Positions 26,130 through 38,355 of a DNA stretch of 64,000 bases are shown here, piece by piece. How positions within the stretch are numbered: position 1 is the first letter of the stretch; the number at the start of each line of letters is the position of its first letter. Made by a program: the position numbers and the translations under genes. Source of the stretch: Ophelia neglecta (Eukaryota); NCBI GenBank assembly GCA_965285935.1, contig OZ260664.1, positions 83,700,001 to 83,764,000 on the forward strand, read 5' to 3'. A model generated the notes under the pieces. That model saw only the letters and a program-made list of their open reading frames with translations. It ran no database searches and had not been told where the DNA came from.

Positions 26130-26242
26130 CTGAGGACCCAGAGGTAACCCAGACAAGCCAGGGAGACAGCCAGCAGCAGGATGGGCACCAAGCGGGTCCA
26201 GAAGACCAGCTGGAACAGGGACACACACAACTCCACAACCAT
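26130..26242 (-). CDS. Candidate alternative first exon encoding a transmembrane/signal-anchor peptide (MVVELCVSLFQLVFWTRLVPILLLAVSLACLGYLWVL), phase 2
   Basis: First ATG after an in-frame TAG, 37 codons + AG, strong donor CAG|gtaagc. Contains a 20-residue uncharged hydrophobic stretch. AG+T gives Ser, then FDDSSS. Confidence 0.65.
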
Positions 26243-29200
26243 TGTCACACAGCAACCACAAACCGGAGTCAAGTGTGTGCTCCTCTATAACATACACTAT
26301 GTCCAGCTAGGGCAATGCTGATGTACTGTTAAACAAGGTTAATCCATCTTCAGCAGTCCCAGCCAGCAGATGATTCTATCATAGGAATTCATCAGGCCAG
26401 GACAGGTTACAAGCTCTACACCTGTCTTATCCTCTGTGCGGTTAACCACTGTGAACTTCTCTGAGATAGACTTCAAAGGATTCCAGCACTTGTTATTCTG
26501 AGAGACTGATTCAGTCACTATGTTTTATAAATCACAATTCTTTCGTTTTCTTTTGTTCTGCCACTTCATGGAATCAGCTCCTCCCAGCCTAGAAACTTCT
26601 GACTAAGATCCCTGTATATCTCTAATAGGTTTACACAGAACCAACTGACGGCTTGCTCAGTCTGGTTTAGGATGCATCAAGCATCCCTTCCTTCCTCTGA
26701 GAGCATGTTACTAAGCCCATCAGAGTCTTGTGTGGTGCATAAATGTGTAACAAGGAATGTAGCAGGGAGCCGGGCAAGATAACACTGTGACCCAGTCAGT
26801 GCAAAACTGAAAATTTCTGTAGCAATTACATGTATGCTATAAATTGGCAGAGGAAAAAAGATCGTCATTGGTTACAAAACTAACTCCTCGTCATCTGGGC
26901 AGTTGTTGCCACTCAACAGAATAGTAGTATTAAACATCCAGTGCGCTATGGCCCAGTCAACACGTCAAATACACTTCATCTAGCCACTTGCCGGGAGAGC
27001 CATTGACACAGATGTGGTTGACATGTCTTCACCAATATCCTAGTATCAGCCACAACCCCCCTAGGCCTCCTGCTCATCAGATAGCCAGGGAGTAGTTCAG
27101 ATAGGGATTGTAGATATCAGATAAAGTGTCAAGCCAGTCCCAGCAGCCTCGGTGGGCCTATAGGCTCCTTCCTGTCTTATTTCCAGTATACAGGGCCTGT
27201 TGGGTAGCCCAAGGCCCTGTGTATATGGACCTTGTGTCTGGTGTAGCTGGTGTAGTGGGCCTGTTGGTGAGCCCTCACACCATGTACATGTATATGTATA
27301 TGAACCTCAATCTGTCCTAGAGTCAGTCATTCACACAAGACACAGATTAATCCAGATAACTCCACAAATCAATATGTTGATTGTATATAGTTTGTGGTCC
27401 ACTGGGCAGTAATGGCTCCAGACAGTTGGTGGAGACAAGACTGGCAGACTTTAAGACCACAAGCAAGTGTCCAGCTCATTGTGGACCAACCACTATCTGT
27501 CAAAATGGTCAGAATATGAAGATATTGGCAGGTTTTGTGTCCAGATAGACACTGCTGGCTCCAGATATTCCTGTGAGATGGATGCAGGTCCATGGGTCAA
27601 AGGACTGGTAAAATCGAAACAGCCCCCATCCAATCACACCCCGAGGACTCTCCACATCAAGGGCTCGAGGACTCTCCACATCAAGGGCTCGTCTTCCTGT
27701 CTTCACCCCACACAACTCTCAGCCACCCCTCCTTGTGCCGCCATACCATCGCCGCTGCTCAGAAGTCTGCTCTGATTGTTCTTTAGCAATGAGACTTGGC
27801 TAGTTTACCTGACCTTTATCAATGGCAGTGAGTTGAGAGGGCTGTCAGCCTCTAATGTCCTGCAGTTGTTTAGATCCACACATACATTCAGAAACCCACA
27901 ACACATTACCATCTGGATGCTGTTGGTTCCCAGGTTAACCTTCCTTACACAATAAGCCACAAGGAGGCCCCAATTTGCCTTGGGCAACAATAACTCTGCA
28001 CTGCCAACAAGATAAAAGTGTTTTAACGAAAGTGTGCCTCCTCCCTCCCCAAAACGTGGTGCCTTTCTGCTGAGAAGAATGCTATGTAATTATGAGTCGA
28101 CATGTGGCTGGCCCTCCAGTGTTTTTTGCAGCAGACCAAAACAAACTAGTTGTGTGAGTCGAGCCAGAGCCAGACTCTGGACTAACAGATACCCGATATC
28201 ACTATCCACATGGCAAATTAGACAACACCAGCCGAGAAATGAAAAAACAAAGTCACTATCACTTTCTGCTGAATATGCTGCAGGTTTTTGTGCTCAGCAG
28301 GATGCAGGCTCTGTCTCCAGATTACACACAATGTGCACCGTTTTAAAATAGTCTACAAATCTTAATAACAGGCTGCTGTTCTCAATAAAGTCTAAAAAAC
28401 CTGTGCACTCATCCTAGATAGCAGCCAGTAACGTAAGGAAGGTATATTTCCAGCCTGGAGGCCTACGGAGGTGTGCGGAGAGGCCCCGGAGAGGCCCCGT
28501 ATGACTCCAAACAGTCACACACCCACCAGCTTTCAATTCGAGTCAGAAAATCGGCACCAGCTGGGGACATGTACGTAAATGTAACACACTTCTAGGCCGG
28601 ATCTGGGTGTATAGCTAGGCACATGTATGCAAATGTAACACACTTCTAGGCCGTAAATGTAACACACTTCCAGGCCGGATCTGGGTGTATGCTGTAGGTC
28701 ATTGCATCCTGTCCCCTCGACCCCCAAGACCAAGACACAAAGCCAAACGAAGGCCAACACCGGTTAAATACTATGATCTGTATATTAAAACCACCAATCA
28801 AGTAACCTACATGACTGTCTGTCCTTACATGTTCATTACATTTGACAACTGTTTTTTTTAGTTAGGTACAAAGTTATATTTGCCTGAGGCCAGCTTGCTG
28901 TGACAGATACAGTTACAAGCACTTAGAGAAGGACTACCTGGTAGTCTTCTGTGTTTGACTTCCCATTATTACCTATCTCACAGTCATGATAGGTAAACCT
29001 AGTGAGTGAGAGTCGGAGAGCTGTGGCTGCCAAGTATATGTGTACACAGGCAGGCTTCCAATGACCAGAGGATACCACTCCCTTTCACCAAGTTAATACC
29101 TGAATATTGGTCAAAACTCCAATGTAGGTTCCATCTTTCAGTACAATTCACCTGTGATCAGGAATTTCACGGTCTCCTGGCCTCTCTGGTTACCAATAAT

Positions 29201-30683
29201 GTTTGATTGCTGCAACCTAATCCAAGCAGATGAGATAACATGTGATCAAACCTGACCAATAAACACACTGGGTATCACATGAAGGTGTAAACAGTCACTG
29301 GATACAGCCTATCAGCAAACTTGTCAGATCCTCCCGATACAGTTAATTACTCAATAAAATCTATTTCCAGGAGTTGATGCATCTGAGGAATTAATGTCCA
29401 AGGTGAGCTGGGATGAGCTGGTAGGGTGATAATGACCATCGCTAGTGGAATTGGGGTTCGGAAAATGTCTTCTGCACCACACCTCAAAGCCAGGCCTGAG
29501 GGAGAGTCATGTAAACCTGCCAGCAAGGCTTCTCTGGGGGTGATAAAGGTGGGCATAAAGCCTGTCACCTCCCTTAACTGTGGACAATGGATCAGGTTAG
29601 GCCATCTTCAGCTGGCAGCAGGAGGAGGCAGTCACATTAGCCCTGACCTTATGACACTATACAGCTCCTGGAGGGTAATGTTAGTGTCCGATCTGACTAC
29701 GCCCTGGGCCAGAACCTGTCTCCACACCAATCTACAGACTCATTGTCATCTCCAATCTGATCACTGGAGATCCACTGTCCATTCTAAGGTCTACATTAAA
29801 GGAATGAATTCCTCTCTGGTGGATTTCCAAGGACAGGATAAGATTGTCAGGACTTGTACACTGTCAATTGGTATTTCCTTGTGAGAATCCTGCCAGGAAC
29901 TCTTGTATACTAGGGCTGGGATTTCTTGGCATCACAGATGTTACATTCTTCAGGCTCTGATGTAAAGTACAGCTGAGTATCCTGAACCTGCTACAATCAG
30001 ACAGGGATTAGAGGCAGTGATTTGACCGGGATTAGAGGCAGTGATTTGGGAAACTCACAACAAGCCTTTCACCTCTCTCAGATCACATCCAGACCTGCAC
30101 ACTCACAAGGAAAAATCATCAGCTCCCTCATGAATGAGTCACTTTATAACAGGACTCTGATAAAACATAAACCGGTACATGGTCCTCTTTCACAAAAAGG
30201 GTACATATTTTGATAATTCCTGCACATTTCCGCATATTTCTGAATCTGGTGTTCATTCCAGCTATAAATACTTATGAGCTAATAATGACAACATAGCCTA
30301 TTCATTGAATTAAATATGGAGCTTGACTTCAGACGAAAAAGGACTTCTGGGCCAAGGAGACAGTGATTTGGTGATTGTTTTAGGGGGCCCTTTTCCATTA
30401 CATTAACAGATATACCCATCAGTCAGGGGGTTATGTGATCAGTAAACCCATCAAACAAGTTCAAGTGCTCACAGGGCAAGTCAGTATAGTCATCACAGGG
30501 ATTATTGTCAATTGGAGGGATTATGCAGGAATCCTGTAACAAAATCTTAAACTATTTTCCTTCTGATTAAAACAGCATGTGCTGGCAGACACAACAGCCA
30601 TACATAACAAGGAGGAGAGAAAACAGTAAAAAACTGAGATGCAATCCAACTAATTCATGCTCCAGACACCCATTATAATCAAT

Positions 30684-31060
30684 CCCCCTCGCCCCCCCCT
30701 TTACCCTTGGTAAATACTAGACCCCCATTTGTCAGTGCTACTACAGGGCCTAAGACTGGGCCTAGAACTGGGCCCAGTATGACCGCTGGGTGGACAGACC
30801 AGGTATGTGTTATCAGGAGATGAGAGGCCCCAGGCTGATCTAGATCAATACCTGTTCCCTACAACCAGCCCCTCCCCCCCCCCCCCCCTTACCCTGGGTA
30901 CAATGTCAGTGCTAGTACAGGACCTAAGACTGGGCCTAGAACTGGGCCCAGTAGGACCGCTGGGTGGACAGACCAGGTGTGTGTTATCAGGAGATCAGAG
31001 GCCCCAGGCTGATCTAGATCAATACCTGTTCCCTACAACCAGCCCCCCTCCCCCCCCCCC
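30684..31060. repeat. ~174-bp tandem duplication bounded by poly-C tracts
   Basis: tgtcagtgcta..cctaagactgggcctagaactggg..gatctagatcaatacctgttccctacaaccagcccc occurs at 30730 and 30904. Confidence 0.9.
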
Positions 31061-34000
31061 AAACACACCCCCTGAGGCTCTGATTTCAAAGAGCTGCCTG
31101 CAGGTTTAAACAGAAATTAGGCAGATTATCATTTAACTACCAACTGAAGATTATCATGTTAATTTGCATATGTAAACATCAATGCATTAACTGCACAAAG
31201 CTTCACAGGCTAACCTGATAGATATCACCTACGAGAGAGGTCAATTCTACATGCTATATGCAAATTTGCAGGTAAACTGGCAAAGTTCTGTAGTCCATAT
31301 AGATAATACCTGATTAAACTGATCAGTCAAAGTTTGTTCTGATTTTAAAGAAGTGAACCTGAATGACCTATTCCACAAATACCAATAAGTTTGACTCTGA
31401 CCTCTCAGACAGTTCACAAGCTCCTAATCAGCCTCAGACTAACATAACAATATACAACCAGGGTCAAAGGTCACTTACACCCTGTCAACCCATTTCAAAG
31501 AGGCTCTGCCAGGCCTGTGCCACTTTAACAGTTTACAAACCTGTTTTTATCTTCTTCTTTTTCAACAAAACCAGATCACACACATGACCTGAATTCTGAC
31601 CCCGGGCCGCCAGTGATGTGCCCTGGGTAGACCTGGGCAGGCACCCAGGACTCTGATGGCAAGCCAGATCATCTTTCAAAACACTGTGGGTTAAAAGCTA
31701 GGCCTGTAAACATCACTGAGGGTAGGATATACTGCTGAGACAACCACACACAGTTTTAACATATCTCAGTTTTTTCATTAACCATAGTAGCTCAGGTATT
31801 TGAGGTAAGCTGGAGAACATGATCCTGTATAACTGTGAAAGTGAGGAGTCCAGAGCAGAACTGGTTACTACTTCATTTAAATGGGTACTACTTCATTTAG
31901 AGTGCCACTTGGCAGGTCCCATCCGACATCATTTCTGGACTCAAGTCAATAGTCAATCAGTAAAAAAAAACTGTGTTCCTGAAGGTCCTCCATTCTCTGA
32001 ATGAAGGCCCTCCATCCTCTGAATAAAGGTCCTCCACCCTCTTAGAGGAAATGGACCTTGTAGCCTGGCTAGACATAACATAGAGGAAATAGAAATGGGA
32101 ACTATAGAAACTGAAGCATTGTGCCAATATATTGTTAGGGACTAAAAAATGATCACAGATTAATCAATCTGGAAAATTAGTTTTTAACTTTCAAGCTGGT
32201 AGAGCTGAACTCTTCTCTGGCAGACTGTAGGCAGCTTTGTGGCTGATGACTTGGCCCTGGATTAACACAGCTGGTGGCAGGTGAAACAGACCAAGTTCTA
32301 GGAGTAATCATGTTTGTCAACAGCAGGCCTGGAAACCAGGTTTAAGTTTGAATAAAGTATCACAGTAAAATTAAGTCCATGATCTAGAAGGAGACTGTTC
32401 AGGCTAGGTTTATAACCTGCTGAAAGTCAAAGCAGCTTTACCCCGGACTCTTTCAGAAAACAAGGGAAGGACAAAGTAGTATTAATACTGATGGTCACTC
32501 AATGTACACTACTTACAGATTTAGCAAGTGAGCAGCACTCTCTTTAGGCTGTCCCTCAGACTACTCTCCCCCACCTGGTGGTAACTGGTGTTAATGTTAT
32601 AATATCAGAGTCAACAGAAGTCAGAGTGCTGCAGTCAATGGGTCAGCCCCACCGGACTGATAACAGACCAACCTTACAGGCATACCACAAGAATCATAGA
32701 AACTTATCTTTATTAAATTTGAATGATTGTTTGAACTGAATGTCATACTTGATACCATTTTTATTACAAATCATTAACATTATCACACTATAAGTTATTG
32801 ATTAATCATACAATTCACTTTTCCAAGCTTTGTGCAGCCACAGAATTCACTATAATCCAAAAAGGAGCTAAGTTTTCTTGGTCTATTAGGCTGGCAAGCC
32901 GTGTTCTCAAATACACCAAAATAGTTCAAAATGAGTTTAAAATCATCAAATATGCCAATTTGTTAACAACATTAACTTGGTATTCACTAACAACACTACT
33001 CCAATATCATGTTGAGATGTCTAAATGGGAAAACCCAGGCCAACATTTTAAATCTCGGGTCCATCCTTGTAACTAGCCTGGTATGTAGGGTGGTGTTTCA
33101 GTACAGATCCCTCAGTTCACAGACTGGAGGCTACAAACCAGACGTAACAGATGATTTATGTAGCTGTTCAAATACCTGAAGTCAATCCTCTGTTTTAGTC
33201 AGTATAATATTTTTACTGCTCCTCCCAAGCAGTGAGTGAGGGATTAACCCACACTTAAACAATACTACTTGAGAGCCCTCGTTATGTCATCTGTAAGTCA
33301 CGTCATGGAGGTAGATCTACTGGTATCAGGCTAATGCCTATAATATTACATCTTAATAACTCCATCAGACTGCTATAAACCAGGGAACTATCTCAAAGCA
33401 GCATCAGTATACCTGTGAATGTTTGGAATGTCTTCAGACAAACCCTTCTAATCAATTCTGCTGTCTCCATTATCTGATGACAGCCAAGAAATCTTTCACT
33501 AAAATCAGGGTAAATTCTAGAACTAGCCTTTGTTTGCAGTGAACACATTCCAGTTTACAGTGGCTATCAGATCCGACATTGACCACCTGCCTTTGTGTGG
33601 CCCGGTGTCAGGAGCACTGCTCTCCGTATTGTTACAACCCCACCTAACCTTTTACCAGGTCCTAACTGCCCACAGGGCCCTCTCTATGTTGTTTAAGCCC
33701 ACTGATACGCCGCCCAGCTGCAGGCCGGGTTAGACCCTCTGTACCAGCTCTGAAAACTTGCACCTTTAGAAAAATAATGGAATTTGAAAGAAGCCTTTCC
33801 TCATTTTTTTGTTCTAGAGCAGAAGACTATTCTAACTGTAGAGATTTTTTTCTGTAGATGGAGGCCAGGGGCCAGGTATTGAAGATTCTTCTTGCTGTCA
33901 GCCAGAGTGACTGGTTTTTCAATGATCTGCCTTGAGCCAGTGAATATCAAAGACTTAATTAACCTCTAACTGGGAAATAGCTCAGATCTACTCAGGTGAA

Positions 34001-35760
34001 TAACTTGAGATATTCCATCCCAGATCACAGGTTTATTAATCTTCAGTATGCACCATTTAGCTGCTATACTCCAGGAATCCTCCCGTCATGTAGGGCGCCC
34101 CTACGTCTCCCTTTGATTAGGGGTTCCAGGTGAGATATACCTGCAGTGATCCTTTAACCATCAGACCTCAGTTGTCGTCTCCTGCTAAGATGATGAGAGA
34201 GCCAGCCCCTGAGAACCCAGCCCTCAAACACAGCAAGGCCAGGGGGACGGTATGCTCTGGTCTCCAAACACAGCGCTCTTTAAAATGACATATTAAGCTT
34301 TGCTCTGTCTTATAATATGGACAAAGTAACAATTTAAATCTTAGGTTTTTTCACCTACAGCTACTTGGTTGCAGGTATAGCTTAGATCTTAGACAAGTAT
34401 TGGGTTAAAGTTTACATCTTATCCTGGCTCTCAGACATGAATTTGGAAGCAATCAGATCTAAGCATGGTTCTAAGACAAGTATTTGGAAACCATTAATAT
34501 CATAGCTTGGTTCAACTGTCAGTAATGTTTCCAATTATATTTAGTATGTTGTTGAAAGACCTGCCAAAAGCAAGACATACAATAATATTTGCCTTGTTCA
34601 TCCATATATCAAAGACAAAAGTTTGCAGCTTAAAATAAGAAGTTTTTGTCCTGGTCTGACTCCTAGGAGAAGCAACTTTGCCAACTTTACTGACATAAAT
34701 GCAGTTGATAGAAGTTTGCATAAAAATGAAGTTTCCTGATAGGAGTTGTTTGTGTTCATGGATGAATCCACCAAAAACAGTGGCCTGAGTCAACTTGCAG
34801 GCCAACTCCCGTGGCAGCAGCTGACACACTTATTTTAATTAAAAACATGGATTCTGACTCAGAATTTGCTCAGAAATAACCACACCTATTCCTGGGATTT
34901 ATATATACACTGTACATGAACCCAACTGGAAGTATTTACATTTGCACTGAGTCCAGTACTATTATCTTATTGAGGTCAGATTCTAGATTTTTGAAAATAC
35001 ATTATGAATTAGCATACAGAATGTCATATCAGTCATTCTTCACAGTTCAGGAGAAAATTAAATTCCAGATATTTCAAACCTTTCTATAAACTATTCTAAC
35101 TGCTCCAGAACTTGGTTTAGATAATGTTTCATAGTGAACACCAATAAAATCATGTATCTTTATCAATTTCATCAGGAAAACGCTAGTAACTGCAGTTCAA
35201 GAACCTGTTCATTTACATTATCCTTTGATTCATTCCTCAAAGGGCCATCACATCATGTGTTAACACTTCCCCTGGTAAGGTTGTAAACACTGACTAGTAA
35301 GTAGTACTAAGAACAGCCTATAACAGTGACTAGCACTCAACACAAACTATCAAGGCTCCAAACTATGTAAAACAATGGATTCATTTTTCTAATTATTACT
35401 TTTTCCACTAACAGTACTGTTTATTTCCCATTTTGACCTTAACGTTTACTGGCAGAGAATCGTCATCCATCATACCATGAGTTCTAGGAACACACATCCA
35501 TCATCCAAGTCACATGTGGTGTTGTGTCCCTAAACAACAATTGATAGCATTTCTAACACAGGCAGAAGGCTTTAAAGCTCAGAGATAATACTCTGGTGCA
35601 ACTGTACACCAATCAGGGAGAGTACAAAGCATTCCTAGAGAATATGGGAGAATATCTAAAACAACTTGCACCAGACCTAGTAATACTGAATGAATTGGAG
35701 GGACACAGTGTCTTCAGGGTGTAAGATAGAAGCTACTCCCAGAGGGGTGATAGCCTTTAG

Positions 35761-35970
35761 CCCCAAGACCCCCAAGACCCCCTCCTAAAGGCCCCTAGAC
35801 CCCCTAGACCCCCTCTTAAAGGCCCCTAGACCCCCTAGACCCCCTTCTAAAGGCCCCTAGACCCCCAAGACCCCCTCCTTAAGGCCCCTAGACCCCCAAG
35901 ACCCCCTCCTAAAGGCCCCTAGACCCCCAAGACCCCCTCCTAAAGGCCCCTAGACCCCCAAGACCCCCTC
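35761..35970. repeat. ~31-bp C-rich minisatellite (aaggcccctagacccccaagaccccctccta)
   Basis: About 7 copies; four G-runs per unit on the minus strand. Confidence 0.9.
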
Positions 35971-37299
35971 TTGGGGGAGGGGGTCTAGTGTGGCTCTTAT
36001 CCCCCAAGCCCCCCCCCCCTTCTAGGAGATGGGCGGGGTGACACGAGAGTGGGTCTTGGCCTCTAGCCCCCAGACACCCTCCAGGAGGAGACACCCATCC
36101 CCCACCCTCCATAGGAACCCACCTCTTTGATAAATCCCAGTCTCCCTGGTGAGTAATACCATAATCCTACAGACACAAGGCCCCTTACTTCACCATCACA
36201 TGGGTATGTGGTGGACCACAGTGGACAAGACACCCTTCACACCTGTTAATCATTTATATCTCAGATGAAGAATAGACTATAGAACCCAACCTGAAGCCTG
36301 AAGTAATATCATATGCCAAATTTATTTATCTAAATAATTAATCATAGGCTGTTTCCAAATCTGAAAGAAGTGTTAACAGTTTCTGAATGATAATATGCCA
36401 ATAATATTGACAAGCAGTTGAGTACTAGGAACATATGTGGGACCACATGGATCTTAATGTTCAGAGGGTACGTCATGTTGAGCATGTCAGCATCTCAAGT
36501 CAGCCCCTTGCCCCCTGTCTGGGGGTAAAACCTAGGTTACCATGGCAATGGGACATAAAGCCATATACTGTGACATTCATAAATCTAAATATTATCAATG
36601 GATGGTGAAAGGTAATGATAATCACAGGAAACCATGGTGATTACTCTCTGTTTCCATGGCAACTAATAGGACATCAATACAATTCCTGCCTCTATAATTA
36701 CTTGTTCAGATACAAAGCTGTAATCACTTTGAAATTCATGATTCTTATGAGAATACCACATTTGACCTAATAGAAGACTAGATTTTATCATTTTCAGGTC
36801 TAGAAAATATCATCCTTTTGTGTCAAACTTAGACACATGGCTTACATTGGAGTAATAAAGTTCACTAATATCATTTTAATAATAAAAAGAAATCCAATAA
36901 TAATCTATGGCCCTACTTTATGTTAGAGGTAAGGGTGCATCCTTCATTAGATATGGGTGTTCTACCTGATCATTTATGGTAAGTACATAATGAACTAACT
37001 GACAGTGATGGTTGCTACCATATATATATACCCTGTGTGAAGAGCCTTTCATGATTAACATACAACATGCTATGTCTATGTTCTATAGACACAGGTACAA
37101 GGACTAGCTTACTGATAACTTTGTTGATCAAATACACAAATATATTTATATTGTTGAAGAGAAAATTCAGCCTCTTTAACCATGATTTAGTTTAAAGGTA
37201 CATATGATCATATTTTAATCATTTTAGTTGACAATTTACAACTAAATAATATTTATAAACAAAAGCTCTTGGGTGGCTAGAGACAAGTCCATGACCTCA

Positions 37300-37490
37300 T
37301 TCATACATCAGTGATCTGACAGTTAGGCTCACTGGAGTAGTCTTGTTGTCATTTCTGCTAACTGTTTTGTGTATATGCTCATTTAGATTTATTGTACCTT
37401 GAAGAAGGCTCCAGCCGTAACGTTCTGTATCAGCTTTAATGTCATTCTATTATAAAGTTTTTACACACATTGGGCGTCATTTTCCTTGTA
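37300..37490 (+). mobile_element. Possible Penelope-like terminal repeat remnant with degenerate minimal hammerhead
   Basis: ccTTGAAGAaggct-cc-agccGTAAcgtt followed by an attataaagt poly(A)-signal-like tract. Resembles the CTGAAGAAG...CCGAAACGTT...AATAAAG motif of Penelope ends. Boundaries approximate. Confidence 0.4.
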
Positions 37491-38227
37491 TCAATTGAGT
37501 AGTCAGCAAACTTGAGTAACTACATACCTCAATTTGAGTAAGTTAGGAGCTATGTACAGATATGTTAGAAGCATCAATCAAAGTGCTGGTGTTATCTGAA
37601 GACAGGTATGGGGGTCATCATACAGGTATGTGGGCCATCTCAAGTGATAATGTTACCATGACAACCAGACATTATACCTGGGATCATCACACCAAATTAA
37701 CAGGAATTCTAACAACTTGGCCAGCCTAGACACGACAACTTAATTAACAAATCAAACTGAAAATTAAAACTAATCATTTTGTTTTTTCTCTGTTTTTACA
37801 GTATAGTAATCAGTGCTCTATCACCGAGGTGAATAAGCCAAACAATCTCATTCACACAAACCCATCATCATGTTAAAGATTTACATCTTTAAAAGCGTAA
37901 AGGACCAAGTACATAGTAACCTATGGTTACCGTGATCTTGACTCGTAAGGTGTACACTGTCAATATGAATGAGATCTTATTGTTTGCTCAGGTTTTCAAT
38001 TCAAGCCAACAAGATTATGATTATACAAATCATGCATCAGCATTCACGGAATTAAACCCCAGTGATACACAAACAGTATACACAGTATAGTGGATAAGTA
38101 ACAATAACAAAGGGCCCCTTTGTCACAGAGAGTAGCCAGCCAGGTAAACAAGGGCCCCACCAGGTAAGTGGCCCTCCACCTGGCAGGCTACACTACAAAC
38201 AAGGTGAATTGTGAAGACGTCACTTAC

Positions 38228-38355
38228 TGTGCTGTTCTCAGTTCTTCACAAGACTTTAATTTGATTATCCGATGCCGCTGGATTTTTATATCCAAGCTCC
38301 AGCGTTTTTTGATTGGTCTCGGAAGCACATTTCGGCGACGAAATCCCCCCTCCAT
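38228..38355 (-). CDS. Candidate alternative first exon, polybasic (MEGGFRRRNVLPRPIKKRWSLDIKIQRHRIIKLKSCEELRTA), phase 2
   Basis: ATGG start with an upstream in-frame TAG at 38406-38404, 42 codons + 2 nt, donor ACA|gtaagt. Locally CpG-rich, like the true coding exons. Confidence 0.55.

Noticed and set aside
29426-29884. 152-aa plus-strand ORF
   Set aside because: No recognisable domain or splice context; compatible with chance in 64 kb.
36189-36253. Short ATG-to-donor phase-2 unit (MINRCEGCLVHCGPPHTHVMV)
   Set aside because: Short enough to arise by chance. Similar tiny hits occur near 36846, 46239 and 61317, which illustrates the background rate for this kind of search.
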